This document shows, piece by piece, positions 21,518-34,700 of a stretch of DNA of 60,606 nucleotides (position 1 is its first letter; each line of letters opens with the position of its first letter). Position numbers and translations under genes: made by a program. Origin of the DNA: a virus (Duplodnaviria > Caudoviricetes); IMG/VR virus record IMGVR_UViG_3300020473_000031, positions 1-60,606 of that record; one strand, written 5' to 3'. Below the pieces are notes generated by a model. The model saw only the letters and a list, made by a program, of their open reading frames with translations. It ran no database searches and had not been told where the DNA came from.

Positions 21518-22744
21518 TTAACCAACTACGTTAATAGTTCCTTGCATTGCTGCATGGAGTGTACATTGATAATAAAGAGTACTTGGAGCATCCATTGGAA
21601 CTGTCCAATAAAGAACTGCAGTTCCACTACCAGTCTGACCTGTAGTATAAGGAGTTCCAGTTAAACCTTGAGTACTTTGAATTCTAAATGGGTGTGCAGT
21701 TGCTTGGACAGTATTATCAAAAGCATATGTTAGACCTCTCATAACATAAAGAGTTGCATCAGCAGTAGCAGATGCAAATCCAGGTCCATTAAACGTATAA
21801 TCTGATGCACCATTAGCATTCAATTCCCACCATGTAATAGGACTTCTAGTCGCAATCCAATTAGTACCATTAAAGAATAGTGAATCACCTTGAACTGCTC
21901 CACTCAAATCAGTATCAGTTAATGCTGATAGCGTAGTAGTTAAAGTACCACTGAAATCTACTGTTAATGTATCCCCAACAACTGTCGTTGTTATATTAGT
22001 TCCACCAGCAATAGTTAACGTATCTGCCTGTGCATTTGCTGTTGTAGATCCAGTATCACCATCAACGGTGGCCCATGTATTCAATGATGAAAGACCAGAT
22101 TCATCATCTTGAGGAGTCCATTTACCAGCAGATGAACTCCACTTTAAAACTTGTAAATTTGTAGGAGCAGCAGTTGTTGTATCTACATCCCCTAATAAAT
22201 CAATACTAGAATATTCAGTTGCTATCTTTGCTCTAACATCCCCAACACCACCAGTAGTGATATTAATATTCACATAAGGATTATCATCACCATCAACAGT
22301 GAAAAAATAACCTCCGTAAGATGCAGCAGAAGGTGCATTTCCTAATGCGGAAAATTCATTCTTATACTTAACTTTGGTTGGCATATCAATAACACCATCC
22401 GCACCTGCAAAAGTATTAGTAATACCACCAACACCAATAGTTAAATTACCAGTACCATTTGCAGCAATATTAATATTGCCATTACTAGAAGAAACTATAG
22501 AGTTACCATTAACGTCTAATGATGATGTTAAATTAGCATAGTCAGATGGAGCGAATTGAGATCCATTGTACCTTAATACTTGCCCTACTGCAGGGTTAGT
22601 AACATCAACAGTTATATTAGTACCATTACCAATAGCAGAATATATTTCATTAAAATTATCGTTTATCTTGTCGCCTCCACCACGCAGGGTATCCCCTGTG
22701 TTATCATTAGCTACCGTACCAAGATTTAGTGATTGTTTGGCCAT
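21518..22744 (-). CDS. Baseplate protein with gp9/gp10-type N-terminus and C-terminal cupredoxin-like domain
   Basis: MAKQSLNLGTVANDNTGDTLRGGGDKINDNFNEIY matches the T4 gp9/gp10 N-terminal motif; C-terminal HPFRIQ...LYYQCTLHAAMQGTINV. Confidence 0.78.
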   Translation of the reverse strand: MAKQSLNLGTVANDNTGDTLRGGGDKINDNFNEIYSAIGNGTNITVDVTNPAVGQVLRYNGSQFAPSDYANLTSSLDVNGNSIVSSSNGNINIAANGTGNLTIGVGGITNTFAGADGVIDMPTKVKYKNEFSALGNAPSAASYGGYFFTVDGDDNPYVNINITTGGVGDVRAKIATEYSSIDLLGDVDTTTAAPTNLQVLKWSSSAGKWTPQDDESGLSSLNTWATVDGDTGSTTANAQADTLTIAGGTNITTTVVGDTLTVDFSGTLTTTLSALTDTDLSGAVQGDSLFFNGTNWIATRSPITWWELNANGASDYTFNGPGFASATADATLYVMRGLTYAFDNTVQATAHPFRIQSTQGLTGTPYTTGQTGSGTAVLYWTVPMDAPSTLYYQCTLHAAMQGTINVVG

Positions 22745-22764
22745 TACTCGCTACATTTTTTAGT

Positions 22765-22771
22765 TATTTAT
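22765..22771 (-). promoter_or_regulatory. T4-type late promoter (ATAAATA) overlapping the gp7 stop codon
   Basis: Minus strand CCATAAATAAC; the TAA stop of the 8397-aa ORF is inside the motif, about 20 nt upstream of the next ATG. Confidence 0.7.
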
Positions 22772-25700
22772 GGTGTTTCAGGGTCTACCTCTTCTTCACC
22801 GTATAGGCTAAGATCAGGTGCGTTCCAATCAAGAGGAACAGTTGTTTCAACTTCAACTTTTGGATCCTTATATCCAGATCCAGCATTATTCATTTCAACA
22901 CCTGCAACCCCGATCAATGCTCTGATGTTTCCATCAAATCCAGATATAGAATCGATTCTAACATTCGGTCTGGTTGTATATCCAGAACCACCAGATGTTA
23001 CCTGAACATCATTGATGAATCCTGCAGTCAGAATAGCAGTTGCCTTAGCATCTTGTCCGAATACAGATCCAAGATAGTCGAAGGTGATTAAGGAGTTTGA
23101 TGATTCAATAACAGCAACTTCTCTGTCTGATGTCTCACCTTGGATGTCAATAAAGTCACCAGGTTCGATAGGTGGTACAACTTCAGCAGCATCAACGTCT
23201 GCCTCAGAACCAACGTAGGAGAAGGCAACGAATGTTGATCCTACACGAGGAATTTCAGAGAAGATAATTCTAGAACCAACGATCTCGAAACCTACACCTG
23301 GTTCCTGTATAACACCATTCAGAGAAACGATGATGTTATTTTCTGGACGTATAGTTGAAGATTGAACACCCTCAGTTAGAGTTAGTGAGTAGAATACATC
23401 ATTACGCTTGAGGTTAAATGACTGACGTAAGGAGTCGAACTCGAATGAAATATCATCCAACTGTCTCAACTTACCTACGTAGAATCCTGTGAAGGATGCA
23501 CCTAGTTCTGGTGGTTCTGTGAATTGAATCTGATTAGAGAACGCTGTATATGCGTTAGTACCACCTGGAGGTTGTAGAATACCATTGATGTATACAAGAA
23601 GATGTCCTTCTGGATCTGGGAGGTAATTAACACCATTATCAATCGTTAGATTAAATGTATCTTGAACACCATCAAATCCCTTAAACGCTCTCTTAACACG
23701 TGCTTTAAGATCAACTTTATTTTGAACTGCTGCCCTATAGTCTCCAGGTCCAATAACAGAATCCTTAAGGTCAAATGATCCTGTAATATCACTTAAATAT
23801 AATCTCTTGAACTGACCATCTGGACGTATATCCTGTACTAATGCAGCACCAGCACCAGGAGTATTAACTCTGGTAATTACCGATGCATAACCTACAGGGA
23901 AGTTACCACCAAGACCATAATCACCTACGAGATCACCATTTGTAATTTGATCTCCTACGAAATCAGCGATATAAAGGAAGTTGTTATCTATATCAACCTC
24001 AGTAATAATTGCATAGTTATTTTGATCAGCAACACCACCAATAACTTTATAAAGTCTATTACCAACAGTAAATGAACTTAAATCACTAATAATAGAAATA
24101 CCAATTCTTACGTATCCATTTGATGCTATTCTGTCACCAACACCTATATCTAAACCATTATATTTACTTACATTAATAAATTGTCTAGAAGTTTCTGGAT
24201 AAACAACAGAAGTTTTTTCAAATGAACCAACAAGAGTTTCAGTATCAACTGTTAGAGTACCACCAGTATTATCAAGAATAGCAGCTTCGTTTCTAAGGAA
24301 GTCAGTAGGTGTAGCAGAAGCACCACTTGTATATCCTTTAAACGGTACAGTTGCGTCAAATTCACCATCAAGATCAATAATCTGTATACGATCCTCTATC
24401 AAACTAACCTGTGCTGTTGTGTTATTTGTAGAACCAACAATATAATCAGTGATAGCCCAAGGATTACCAGTAACTTCAATGTCTAAGTAACTAAAGTTCT
24501 CATCCTCATGAACTCCGTATATAATACCAGTAACTGATGGATCACCATTCTTAGAAACAGTTTCGTTCATGACCCAAGGACCATCAACTACATCACCATC
24601 AAAACGTAATCTCTGATAGATCTTAACAATCTCACCCTTATTAGGAATAAGAGTTTCTAATTCAGCATAACTGTCACTAGCAGTACCATATAGATAATCT
24701 GATGATTTTAATCCACCACCCAATCCAACTGGTAATTCTCTATTACCATATGTGTAGGTAGGAATTGTAATTCCATTGTTAACTGTAACAGTAGTATAAT
24801 GAGTATCAATTGCTAATTGCTCACTAATCAAATTAAGATTATCACGTACAACTCTACTTACAGATCTAATATCATAATATCCAGCAGCATCAGCAGAGAA
24901 GAATTTCAAATATCCAGCCTCAGGAGATGGACTTGTAAGACCATCAGTCATTGCCTGAATAATATATTGTTCTAATTTATCTAATGCATATCTCTTAATA
25001 TTAAACTCACCATCAGCATAGAATATTCCACCACTAGCAGAAGTATATGGATCTAATGTACCCTTAGAAAGTTTTGCACCCCAAGCATAAACACCTTTAG
25101 TTCCATCACCACTGTATGATAACTGATTATTTTCATTTGATACGTTAATTCTAGCCTTAAGTTCTGTGAATCCAAATGAGAATGTTGTTGTAACATATGC
25201 TCTATACCAACCGCCACCATAAGGAACAGCACCATAAGCATCACCTGATATACCACCTTGAGGTATAAACAGAGTACCTGTATTACCAGTATTCATATTA
25301 AGATCAAAGAATACACTTTGTTCTCCAGCAGTTCCATCATCAAGTATGATATGGAATCTTATTTGCTCATATTCTGCCTTCTTAAAGAAGCATGAGAATG
25401 TATATTGCTGATCATCACCACCAGTTCCTGATCCACCTTCATCAAAGCTATTTGTAGTATCATCAAATGTAATATTACCATCATCCCATGTATCATATGC
25501 AGTTAAGTCGTATATTCTATCAACGGTATGCTCACCACCAGCACTAGAAGAAATTAATTTAGAAGCAGTAGTACTGTTATCTGGTGCTTCTGTAAAGTTA
25601 TCACTAAATCCAACTCCAGTACCTGTCCAATTAGGTACGAACAATTCTGGATTAGTAAATAAGTTAATACCAGAAACTTGACCAGTTATATTTGATGTAA

Positions 25701-28700
25701 TATTTCTAGCAAAAGCTATTGTCCTTACATTACCTGGTGAATTGAACCAAGTGTAACTACTACCAACACCATTTACAGAAACAGTTGCTAATGCATTAGA
25801 TTTTGTTCCAGTTAATGAAGTATTAGATATCCAAGGAGTTCCTACAAATTCACCAACAACTAAGAATTTAGTGTCTGAATTATATTCTAGAACCTTAGCA
25901 GATCCCTTGTCAGAAGTAATTAATTCACCAACTTCAAATCTTCCAATAACACTTTCAATTGTTATATTATGAGCAATAGAAGAATCACTGATATCTGTAG
26001 TTAACAAATCATGACTCATATTAGTGATAATACTATCAACCCAATCATTATATTGCCAAGTATTAAGACCAAACTGTGCATTAACTAGAGTTGTAATTTC
26101 TTCCTTATAATATCCTCTATTATAAATGAGGTTCTTAGCAGCACCCCTCATAGGTCTCTTACCTGGAACAATGAGATTAATTGCAGTATTAACTAATTCT
26201 TTAATCCTAGTTCCAACTACTGTCATATCAGTAGGTGTTTCACTATCAGTATATGGATCGTCAAATGAATGTACATAAGCATAAAGAGGATCAACTGATG
26301 AACCACCTTTAATTCTTAACTCACCTTTAACAGCATGCTCACATAAGAATCCTAATTGCTCTATAGCATAAACTGTTGCTAGAAGCTCATCTTCAACATT
26401 AATGATTTGCATCTGAGAAGACAAATAGTATTCCATTGCAGCAACGGTACTATTATTACCACCAGTCTGTAAGTCAGATATTATACCCAATATAATAAGT
26501 TTCAAATCTCTCTGACATGTACTTTCTCCACCTGGTTCTGGATAAGAGAAAGCAAACTGTTGAGAAGTATCCAACATGTAAGTAAACTCTGCTCTTGTTA
26601 AACCAGTAATTTCAGATGAAATACCATCTCTATTAAAGTAAAGTCTATCAGCAGCAATTGCAAAATCAGCATTTGTAGGAGCAATAATATCATTTGCAAT
26701 AGTTACTAAGTTATCAATAGCATCAGTAACGTTTGCACAATCTCCAGGAGCAGTTACACAATCGGTAACAGCACTCTGGAATGTATGTAATGTTGTGTTA
26801 GAAGAAGTTCCAACATTAACAGTAATTGTAGTTGCTGTTATATCAATAATTTCAATATTCTGTAGATATACAGGGTCTGTAGTTCTAGGATATGTGTGAT
26901 CACTACCATTACTATCTTCAAGACAACGGAATGTTAATCCATCAGTTGCAATTCTTATCTTTCTACCTTTAACTAAAGTATGAGAACCAATAGTTAACTC
27001 TAATTCACCTGTTGTTGGCTCATAAGTTGCTCCAGTTGGAGTAAATGATTGAGAATTAGATTGTGTGATTCCCCAAGCACCAACAATGATCTTATCAGTA
27101 TTACCTGTTGTTAGATCACCATTAACTGCTTGCTTCATATAGAATGCAAGACGCTCATGGGCATAAGCAGACTGGAATACTTGTAATCGAATATGTAGTA
27201 GAATATCATTAGTACCAAGATATCTCTTAGCAACATTTACAGTATTAAAATTACCACCATCTCTAAGATCTTTAATAAACTCTTGAAGAATTAACGCTAG
27301 GTCAGTCTTACACTGTAATGTACCAGCACCACTTCCATCAAAGTTTCTAGGCATATCCAAAGCAAGATCTGGATAACGCTCTAACATATCATTAGATGCT
27401 TTATCAACAATAGGACCAGCATTTAACTGAACTAAATTAGCAGCATCTATAAATCTATACTTACCTGCAGCACCAATCTGATTAGTAAACATGATATCTT
27501 CTGTACCATCATGCCAATTAATTGGGAACTCTTCTTCATAGTAAGAGTATATTCTACCACCAAGGAATTCGTGTGGAGGTGAATACTTAACAAGACTACC
27601 AAGATAATCAAGAGGTGGATTCTGTATTGCAGCATCTAATGTATCTGTAACAATACTAATTAAGTTCTCTATAGTTGTTTGTACATCAGTACAATCAGAT
27701 GTGTTGTAATTAAGAATCTTAATTCCATTTGCAGTTGTTTGTGCAAAATTGTGTATTGTTAATTGATGCTTAACTGATCCAGGATCACAAGATACAAATG
27801 TATGTGATGCTTGTGGAGTGTATGAAACAGTATTAGAACCTTGGTTACCTACAAATGTATGTGTGTAATCACCACCAGTAGAAATAACTGCTCTAGTAAT
27901 ACAATTAGCAATTGTAGAATGATATGTATGTGCAGTTATATTGGTAGAAGGAGTTACATCTAATACCTGTATATCAAATGTATTAGTTTGTACATTTGAA
28001 ATTGGAATATACTTACCACTGATAGGATCAGTAGAGCGTGGATATGCATGAGTTGTTGCATAATTATCATGAGCACAAGTAAATTTCAATCCACCATCAG
28101 CAATCTTAATATGCTCACCATTAACAAATCCATGATCGGCAACGGTTATAGTAATTACACCAGTAGTAGGATTATATGATGCAGTAGAAGGTGTATATGT
28201 ATTATTTGCATTCTGGAATACATGAGTTGTTGTATTACTTGAAGTTCCTACATCAAGTGTAACAGTTGTAGGAGTTACAGCAGTAATATTAACTGCTGTA
28301 TTCCATGCAGGATCGTTACCAGATGCACCATTTTGACCATTTGCACGAGGATAAGAATGATCAGAACTTTGACCATCTTGATCGCAACGGAATATAAGTG
28401 AATTATTAGCAATTCTAACTGCTGTACCAGCAGTTAAACTATGGTTACCAATAGTAACAGTAAGAAGTCCAGTTCCAGGAACAAATGATGCATCAGTTAC
28501 ATCATATCCCTTAATAGGAGATTTACCAACATTAACTGTAATTACACCACTCTGTCTTCTAAGACCTTTAGTAGAAGCCTTTTGGAATACGTGTGTTGTG
28601 GTATCAGATGAAGTACCAACATTAATTTCAAATGTATCATTAGTCTTATTGGAAATTGGTAACCATCTACCACTAGCATAATCTGTAGATCTTGGATATA

Positions 28701-31700
28701 CATGATCAGTACTATTACCATCAAGCAAACATCTCAATGTCAATGATTCATCAACAATCTGAACATAATCCCCATTAGAATATCCGTGTGCAGGTACGGT
28801 TAGAACCATCAAACCAGAACCAGGAGTATACACTGCATTGGTTATTGTTGCGTGTGTATGACCTACATGAGTAATTGGAATAGACTTATTATCTCCATAT
28901 GGATCTGTTGAACGAGGATAATCCTTATTAGAACCATTACCATCCATTCCACATGTGAATCTTAAACTACCATTTGCAATAGTAACGTTTGCACCAACTC
29001 TCATACCATGCTGACCAATTGTTAAAGTCATCTCACCAGTCTTAGCATCATAAGATGCATCAGAAGGTGTAAATGTTTGGTCTGCTTGTGCAACACCTAC
29101 ATTAAGACTAATTGTATTAACTGTGGTTCCAAGAATCTTAAGTTTCTTTCTTGCTGCACGAACATCATGTCCTGGACGTGGATAAGACTTAGTAGTCTGA
29201 TTGTTATCCATTGCACAAGTAAATTTAATAGAATTATCTTCTAATGTCACATAATCATCTTGAGTTAATGGATGTCCCTCAATAGTTAATATTAATATAC
29301 CAGTAGAAGGATCGTATGTAGCAAAGGAAGGTGAATATGCAGTATAATTTCTATTATCACCAAAAGTAGTACTACCAACATTTACAGTAAATGTATCAGC
29401 AGTGTAATGAGTAATAGGTAATGCAGACTTGTATGCTGGATCTGTTGTACGAGGATATGGATGAGTAGTTTCAGCACCATCCATATCACAAGTAAACTTA
29501 AGTGCATCAGGTAAAATTTCTATTGCCTGGCCTTGCTTATAGATTCCATTAATAGTTGCAGATTTAAATGTATGGTTATAAACACCACCTGTCATAAGCA
29601 CCGCCCTATGAACACCACCTGTAGATGCAGATACAAATGTATGAGCATCAGTATTGGTAGAAGGTGTAGAATCTAATACCTGAATAGTAAATGTATCAGT
29701 CGTTACATTACCGATAGGTACATACTTACCGCTAATTGGATCAGATGATCTAGGATATGATTTGTCTGTTGCACTACCACCGAAACTACAATTAAAGACT
29801 ATGGAATTATCATCCATCATAATATGATCACCAGCTTCAAATCCATGATTAGGAATTGTAAGGGTCATTACACCTGTAGTTGGGTTGTAAGCACCATTAG
29901 TTACTGTATAAGCACTAGGAGAAACAAACTCATGTCTGTATATACCACCAGCAATAACAGCATTCTTTCTAGCACTAGCAAATGTATGAGTGTGATTTCC
30001 ACCAGTTCTCAAAATACCTCTAGTGATACTATTAGAAACAGCAGATACAAATGAATGTGTATCAGTGTTTGTGGAAGGTGCTACATCTAATACTTGTACA
30101 TCAAATGAATTAGTTTGTACATTAGAAACAGATAACCATCTACCACTAGCAGGGTCAGATGATCTTGGATAATCCTTCTCTGCAGCAGTACCAGATGCAC
30201 CACCAAATGCACAACTTAACTTAATAGCACCGTCATCAATCATAACTTGCTCACCATTTGCCATATTATGATCATTAACAGTGATAGTCATGACACCTGT
30301 AGTTGGGTTGTAAGCAGCATTAGTAGGTGTTAACTTAGTTGCAGCAACATAATTATGAGTAGTTGTATCAGTCGATATACCAACATTCAAATTAATGACA
30401 CCAGTTTGACTATGAAGACTACTATCTAAAGCAGATACAAATGTATGTGTCGATAAATCACTAGACTTACCAATATAAACATCGAATGAATCTGCTAAAA
30501 CATTACTTAATGGTAACCACTCATCGAATGATGGATCAGTTCTTCTTGGATATGAATGCTCACTAGCACCATTATCCTTACCACATGTAAATGTTAATGC
30601 GTTTTCAGCAAGTTTGATGCATGAATTTGCTTTGGTTAATCCATTAGCAACAGCAGATACAAAAGCATGTGTAGTTGTATGTGAAATTGCTGCTGGACCA
30701 AACATGTTACCAACATTAACTTCAAAGAAGTTTGTACTTACATTGAATATTGGTAACCATCTATTACTTGCGAAATCAGATGCTCTAGGATAATCATGAT
30801 TACTTGCATTACTATCCTTATCACATGTAAATCTTAAAGATCCATCAGCAAGTTTAACTCTATCTCCGTCTTGGAAACCATGACCAGCAACAGTAAGTTT
30901 CATTACACCAGTAGTAGGTGTAAATGTTGCAGCAGTTACTGTGTGGTTAGTTGATAATGCAAATCCATGATTTACTAACTCGATGTTCATAACACCAGTA
31001 GCAGGAGTATATGTTGCTAAAGTTGGTGTATGTGCATTAGTTCCAACTGATGTAATAGGAACTGGTTTGTTATATGCATAGTCAGCACCACCAGGAGCAT
31101 TAGAACCTGATGCTCTAGGATATTTCTTCTCAGTAGTATTTCCATCACCATTAAAGTCGCATGTAAAGGTCATAGACTCTTCACCAATCATTACGGTTTC
31201 ATTTGTTCTGTATACTCCATTAGTAGAAGCAGTTACAAATGTATGGTTATAATCACCACCAGAAATTACTGCGTCTTGAGATGTACCACCAGTCCAATTA
31301 TGGGCAGTTACATCAGATGAAGTACCAACATTAAATGTTATTGTTGTTGCACTCTTAGCAGTAATTACTACAGGAGTTCTCCATGCAGGGTCAGCAACAC
31401 CAGCATTCTGTATAAATCCTGTTTCTCTAGGATATAATTTAGAAATTGTATCTCCATCAAGACCACAACTAAATGAGAAACCATAATCCTTAAGCATTAT
31501 TGGCTCACCAACTTCAAGAGTATGGGATCCGATAGTTGCTTCAATAAGACCAGTAGCAGGATCATATGTTGCAGTTGTTACATCGTGTTTTACGAGAGGT
31601 GAAGAACCAACATTAACTTTAAATGTATCAGTTGTTATTCCTACAACTGGCAACCACTTATTGAATGATGGGTCTGTAGATCTTGGATATTGCTTATTAG

Positions 31701-34700
31701 TTGCATTACCATTCATTGTACATGTGAATGTAATGCTATTTTCTGCAAACTTAATGTAATCACCAACAGAGAATCCATGATTAGCAACAGTAACAGTCAT
31801 AATACCTGTTGTTGCCTCATATGATGCAGTTTCTGCTGTATACTGAGATCCACCACGAAGGTAATGATTTCCAATACTCATTGCCATAGAACCAGTACCA
31901 GGGTTATATGTCACTGATGATGGGTTATGTGAAACAGTAGGTGACTTACCAACATTAACTGTAATATAACCAGTTTGTACTTTTAAACCACCACCAGTTG
32001 CAGTTTGATATACATGTGTTGATGTGTCAGAAGACTTACCAACATTAAGAACAATAGTATTAGAATCTGGTGCAGATGTAATAGGAATCCATTGCTGATG
32101 AACAGGGTCACTTACTCTTGGATATGTGTGATCAGTTGCCTGTGCATCTTTATCACATCTAAATGTAATTGAATTATCATCAAACTTAACTGAATCTTTT
32201 GCTCTCTTTACGCAACTTGAAGTAGCAGAAATAAATCTATGGTCACTTAAATCTTGTGATTTACCAATATTAACTGTAAATCTATCTATATGTACATTCT
32301 GTACAGACAACCACTTCAAACTAGAAGGATCAGTTGATCTAGGATATGTGTGTTGCGATCCATGATTATCCTTACCACAAGTAAAGGTTAGGCAATCGTC
32401 ATCAAGTAGAACTCTATCACCATTATCAAAACTATGACCAACAATAGTTAACTCTAATTCACCAGTAGCAGGGTTATAAACTGCATCAGTTGGTGTATGT
32501 GTTGTAGCAGGATTAAGATTATGTCCAGTAACAGTTAGACTCATCTGTCCTGAAGTTGGTGTATAAACTGCTCCAGTTATAGTCTTACTTGTCTCACCAA
32601 CATTAGTAATATTGAGTGCATGCTTACGAGATGGATCAGTCAATCTAGGATAACTATGAGATGTTGCATTACCATCCATAGAACATGTAAATGATAATCC
32701 ATTATCCGCAATTTGTATTGTTTGATTCTCTAAAAGGTTATGTATTCCAACATTAAGAACCATATCACCAGTAAGAGGATCATATGTAGCACCAGCAACA
32801 TCATATCCAACTCTAGGTGACTTACCAACATCAAATGTTATACTTCCATCTCTCTTAGTAATTCCATTTGTATAAGCTGATTTGAATATATGTGATGAAG
32901 TATCAGGAGAAATTCCAACATTAACATCAAATGTATTAGCACCTACATTAGATACTGCTAACCACCTTCCATTATAAGGATCTGTTGATCTTGGATATGA
33001 ATGCTCAGTTTCTTGATTATCTAACTGACATCTAAATGTTAATGAATTAGTAGCAAGTTTAATTCTATCCCCATTAAGAAGTCCATGCTTATTAGCAACA
33101 ACACCATTAGTAAGAGCACTATGGAAGATATGTTCATAATCACCACCAGTGTGTATACAACCAGTAGTAGCACCAACCCAAGTGTGGGTATCAGTGTTAG
33201 TTGAAGGAACATTCTCTAGAATCTTAACAGTAATAGCATTAGTAGTAGCTGATTCAATCTTTACTGCAGTATCATAGAATGGGTCTGTAGATCTTGGGTA
33301 AGACTTCTTAGCAGCATCGCCACTAGCACCACCAAATCCACAACTAAAGGTTAATGATTCTTTTGCAATCTTAATACTTGTACCAGCAGTTAATCCATGA
33401 GGAGTTGCAAATTCCAACGTCATCATACCTGTTGTTGGATTGTAGATACCATTATTAGGTGTTAATTGTACTTTAGGTGAAATACCAACATTAACCGAGA
33501 ATGAATGTGTTTGAACATTAGTAATAGATAACTGAAGTCCTCTCTTAGGATCAGTTGTTCTAGGATAAGCATGAGTACTATAGTGATCATCCATAGCACA
33601 TGTAAATGTTATAGCACCATCTTCTAATCTTATAGTATCACCAGCTTGCATTCCATGATCAGGAATGGTTAAATTCATCATTCCATTAACAGCATTATAT
33701 GTTGCATCAAGAGGAGTAAATGTCTTACCAGCAGTAATCTTCATTACACCTGTTGTAGGTGTATAGTTAGCAAATGATGCACTTAGTTGCTCACCATCAT
33801 ATGCAATTGGAGTAGGCTTACCTGCAATTGGATCTGTAGTTCTAGGATACTTCTTAACAGCTTGCAATCCATCACTTGTACATCTGAAGTAAATTGAATT
33901 AGGTGCAATCTTAACGTTAGTTCCTGGAGTTAATATATTATCACCTATCTGTAACTTCATATGACCAGTAGATGCATCATAAGATCCACCAGTAGGATTG
34001 AAGACTAATAAAGGTGATTTACCAACATCAAGATCAAAACTATTTGTTTGTGAATTAGAAACAGTTAACCAACCAGCAAGTGCTGGATCTGATGCTCTTG
34101 GATACTTATGCTCAGTCTTATGACCATCCATATCACAAGTAAAGGTTAATGACTCTTTCTCAAGCATTACCTTGTCACCATTCTGGAATAAGTGACTTGC
34201 AGATGTTACAGAAAGAATTCCAGTTTCAGCATTATATGTTGTACCATTTTGTACTGTTATTGCTCTTCTACCAACTAATCCATGACCTACCTCAGTAAGT
34301 GTTAAATTTCCAGTATCTGCATCATAAGTTGCACCAGTAGGTGTCTTATAAGTAAATGACGTTGTAGAAGAATCAGTAATAGTTGTATCAGTGTATTGCT
34401 TTAATCCATGATCACCAACTGGTTTCCACTCACTATTAGTAACAATAAACTCTAACATTTGATCGAGTTTATTATAAGCCCAAATAGTTTCTCTAACTTC
34501 TGTTTCTATATTAAGTAGTTTTACATTTGCTGTATCAGCTCTATCAATATAGTATGAAACGGCAAGCCAAGTCTTATTGTTACCACCATTACGCATATCT
34601 GCTACGATAGATCTACAGATATCTTTAACATCATCCTCACAATTAACATCCCCACCAATAACAGTAAAGTTAGGGAACTTTTGATTAATCATGTATACAA

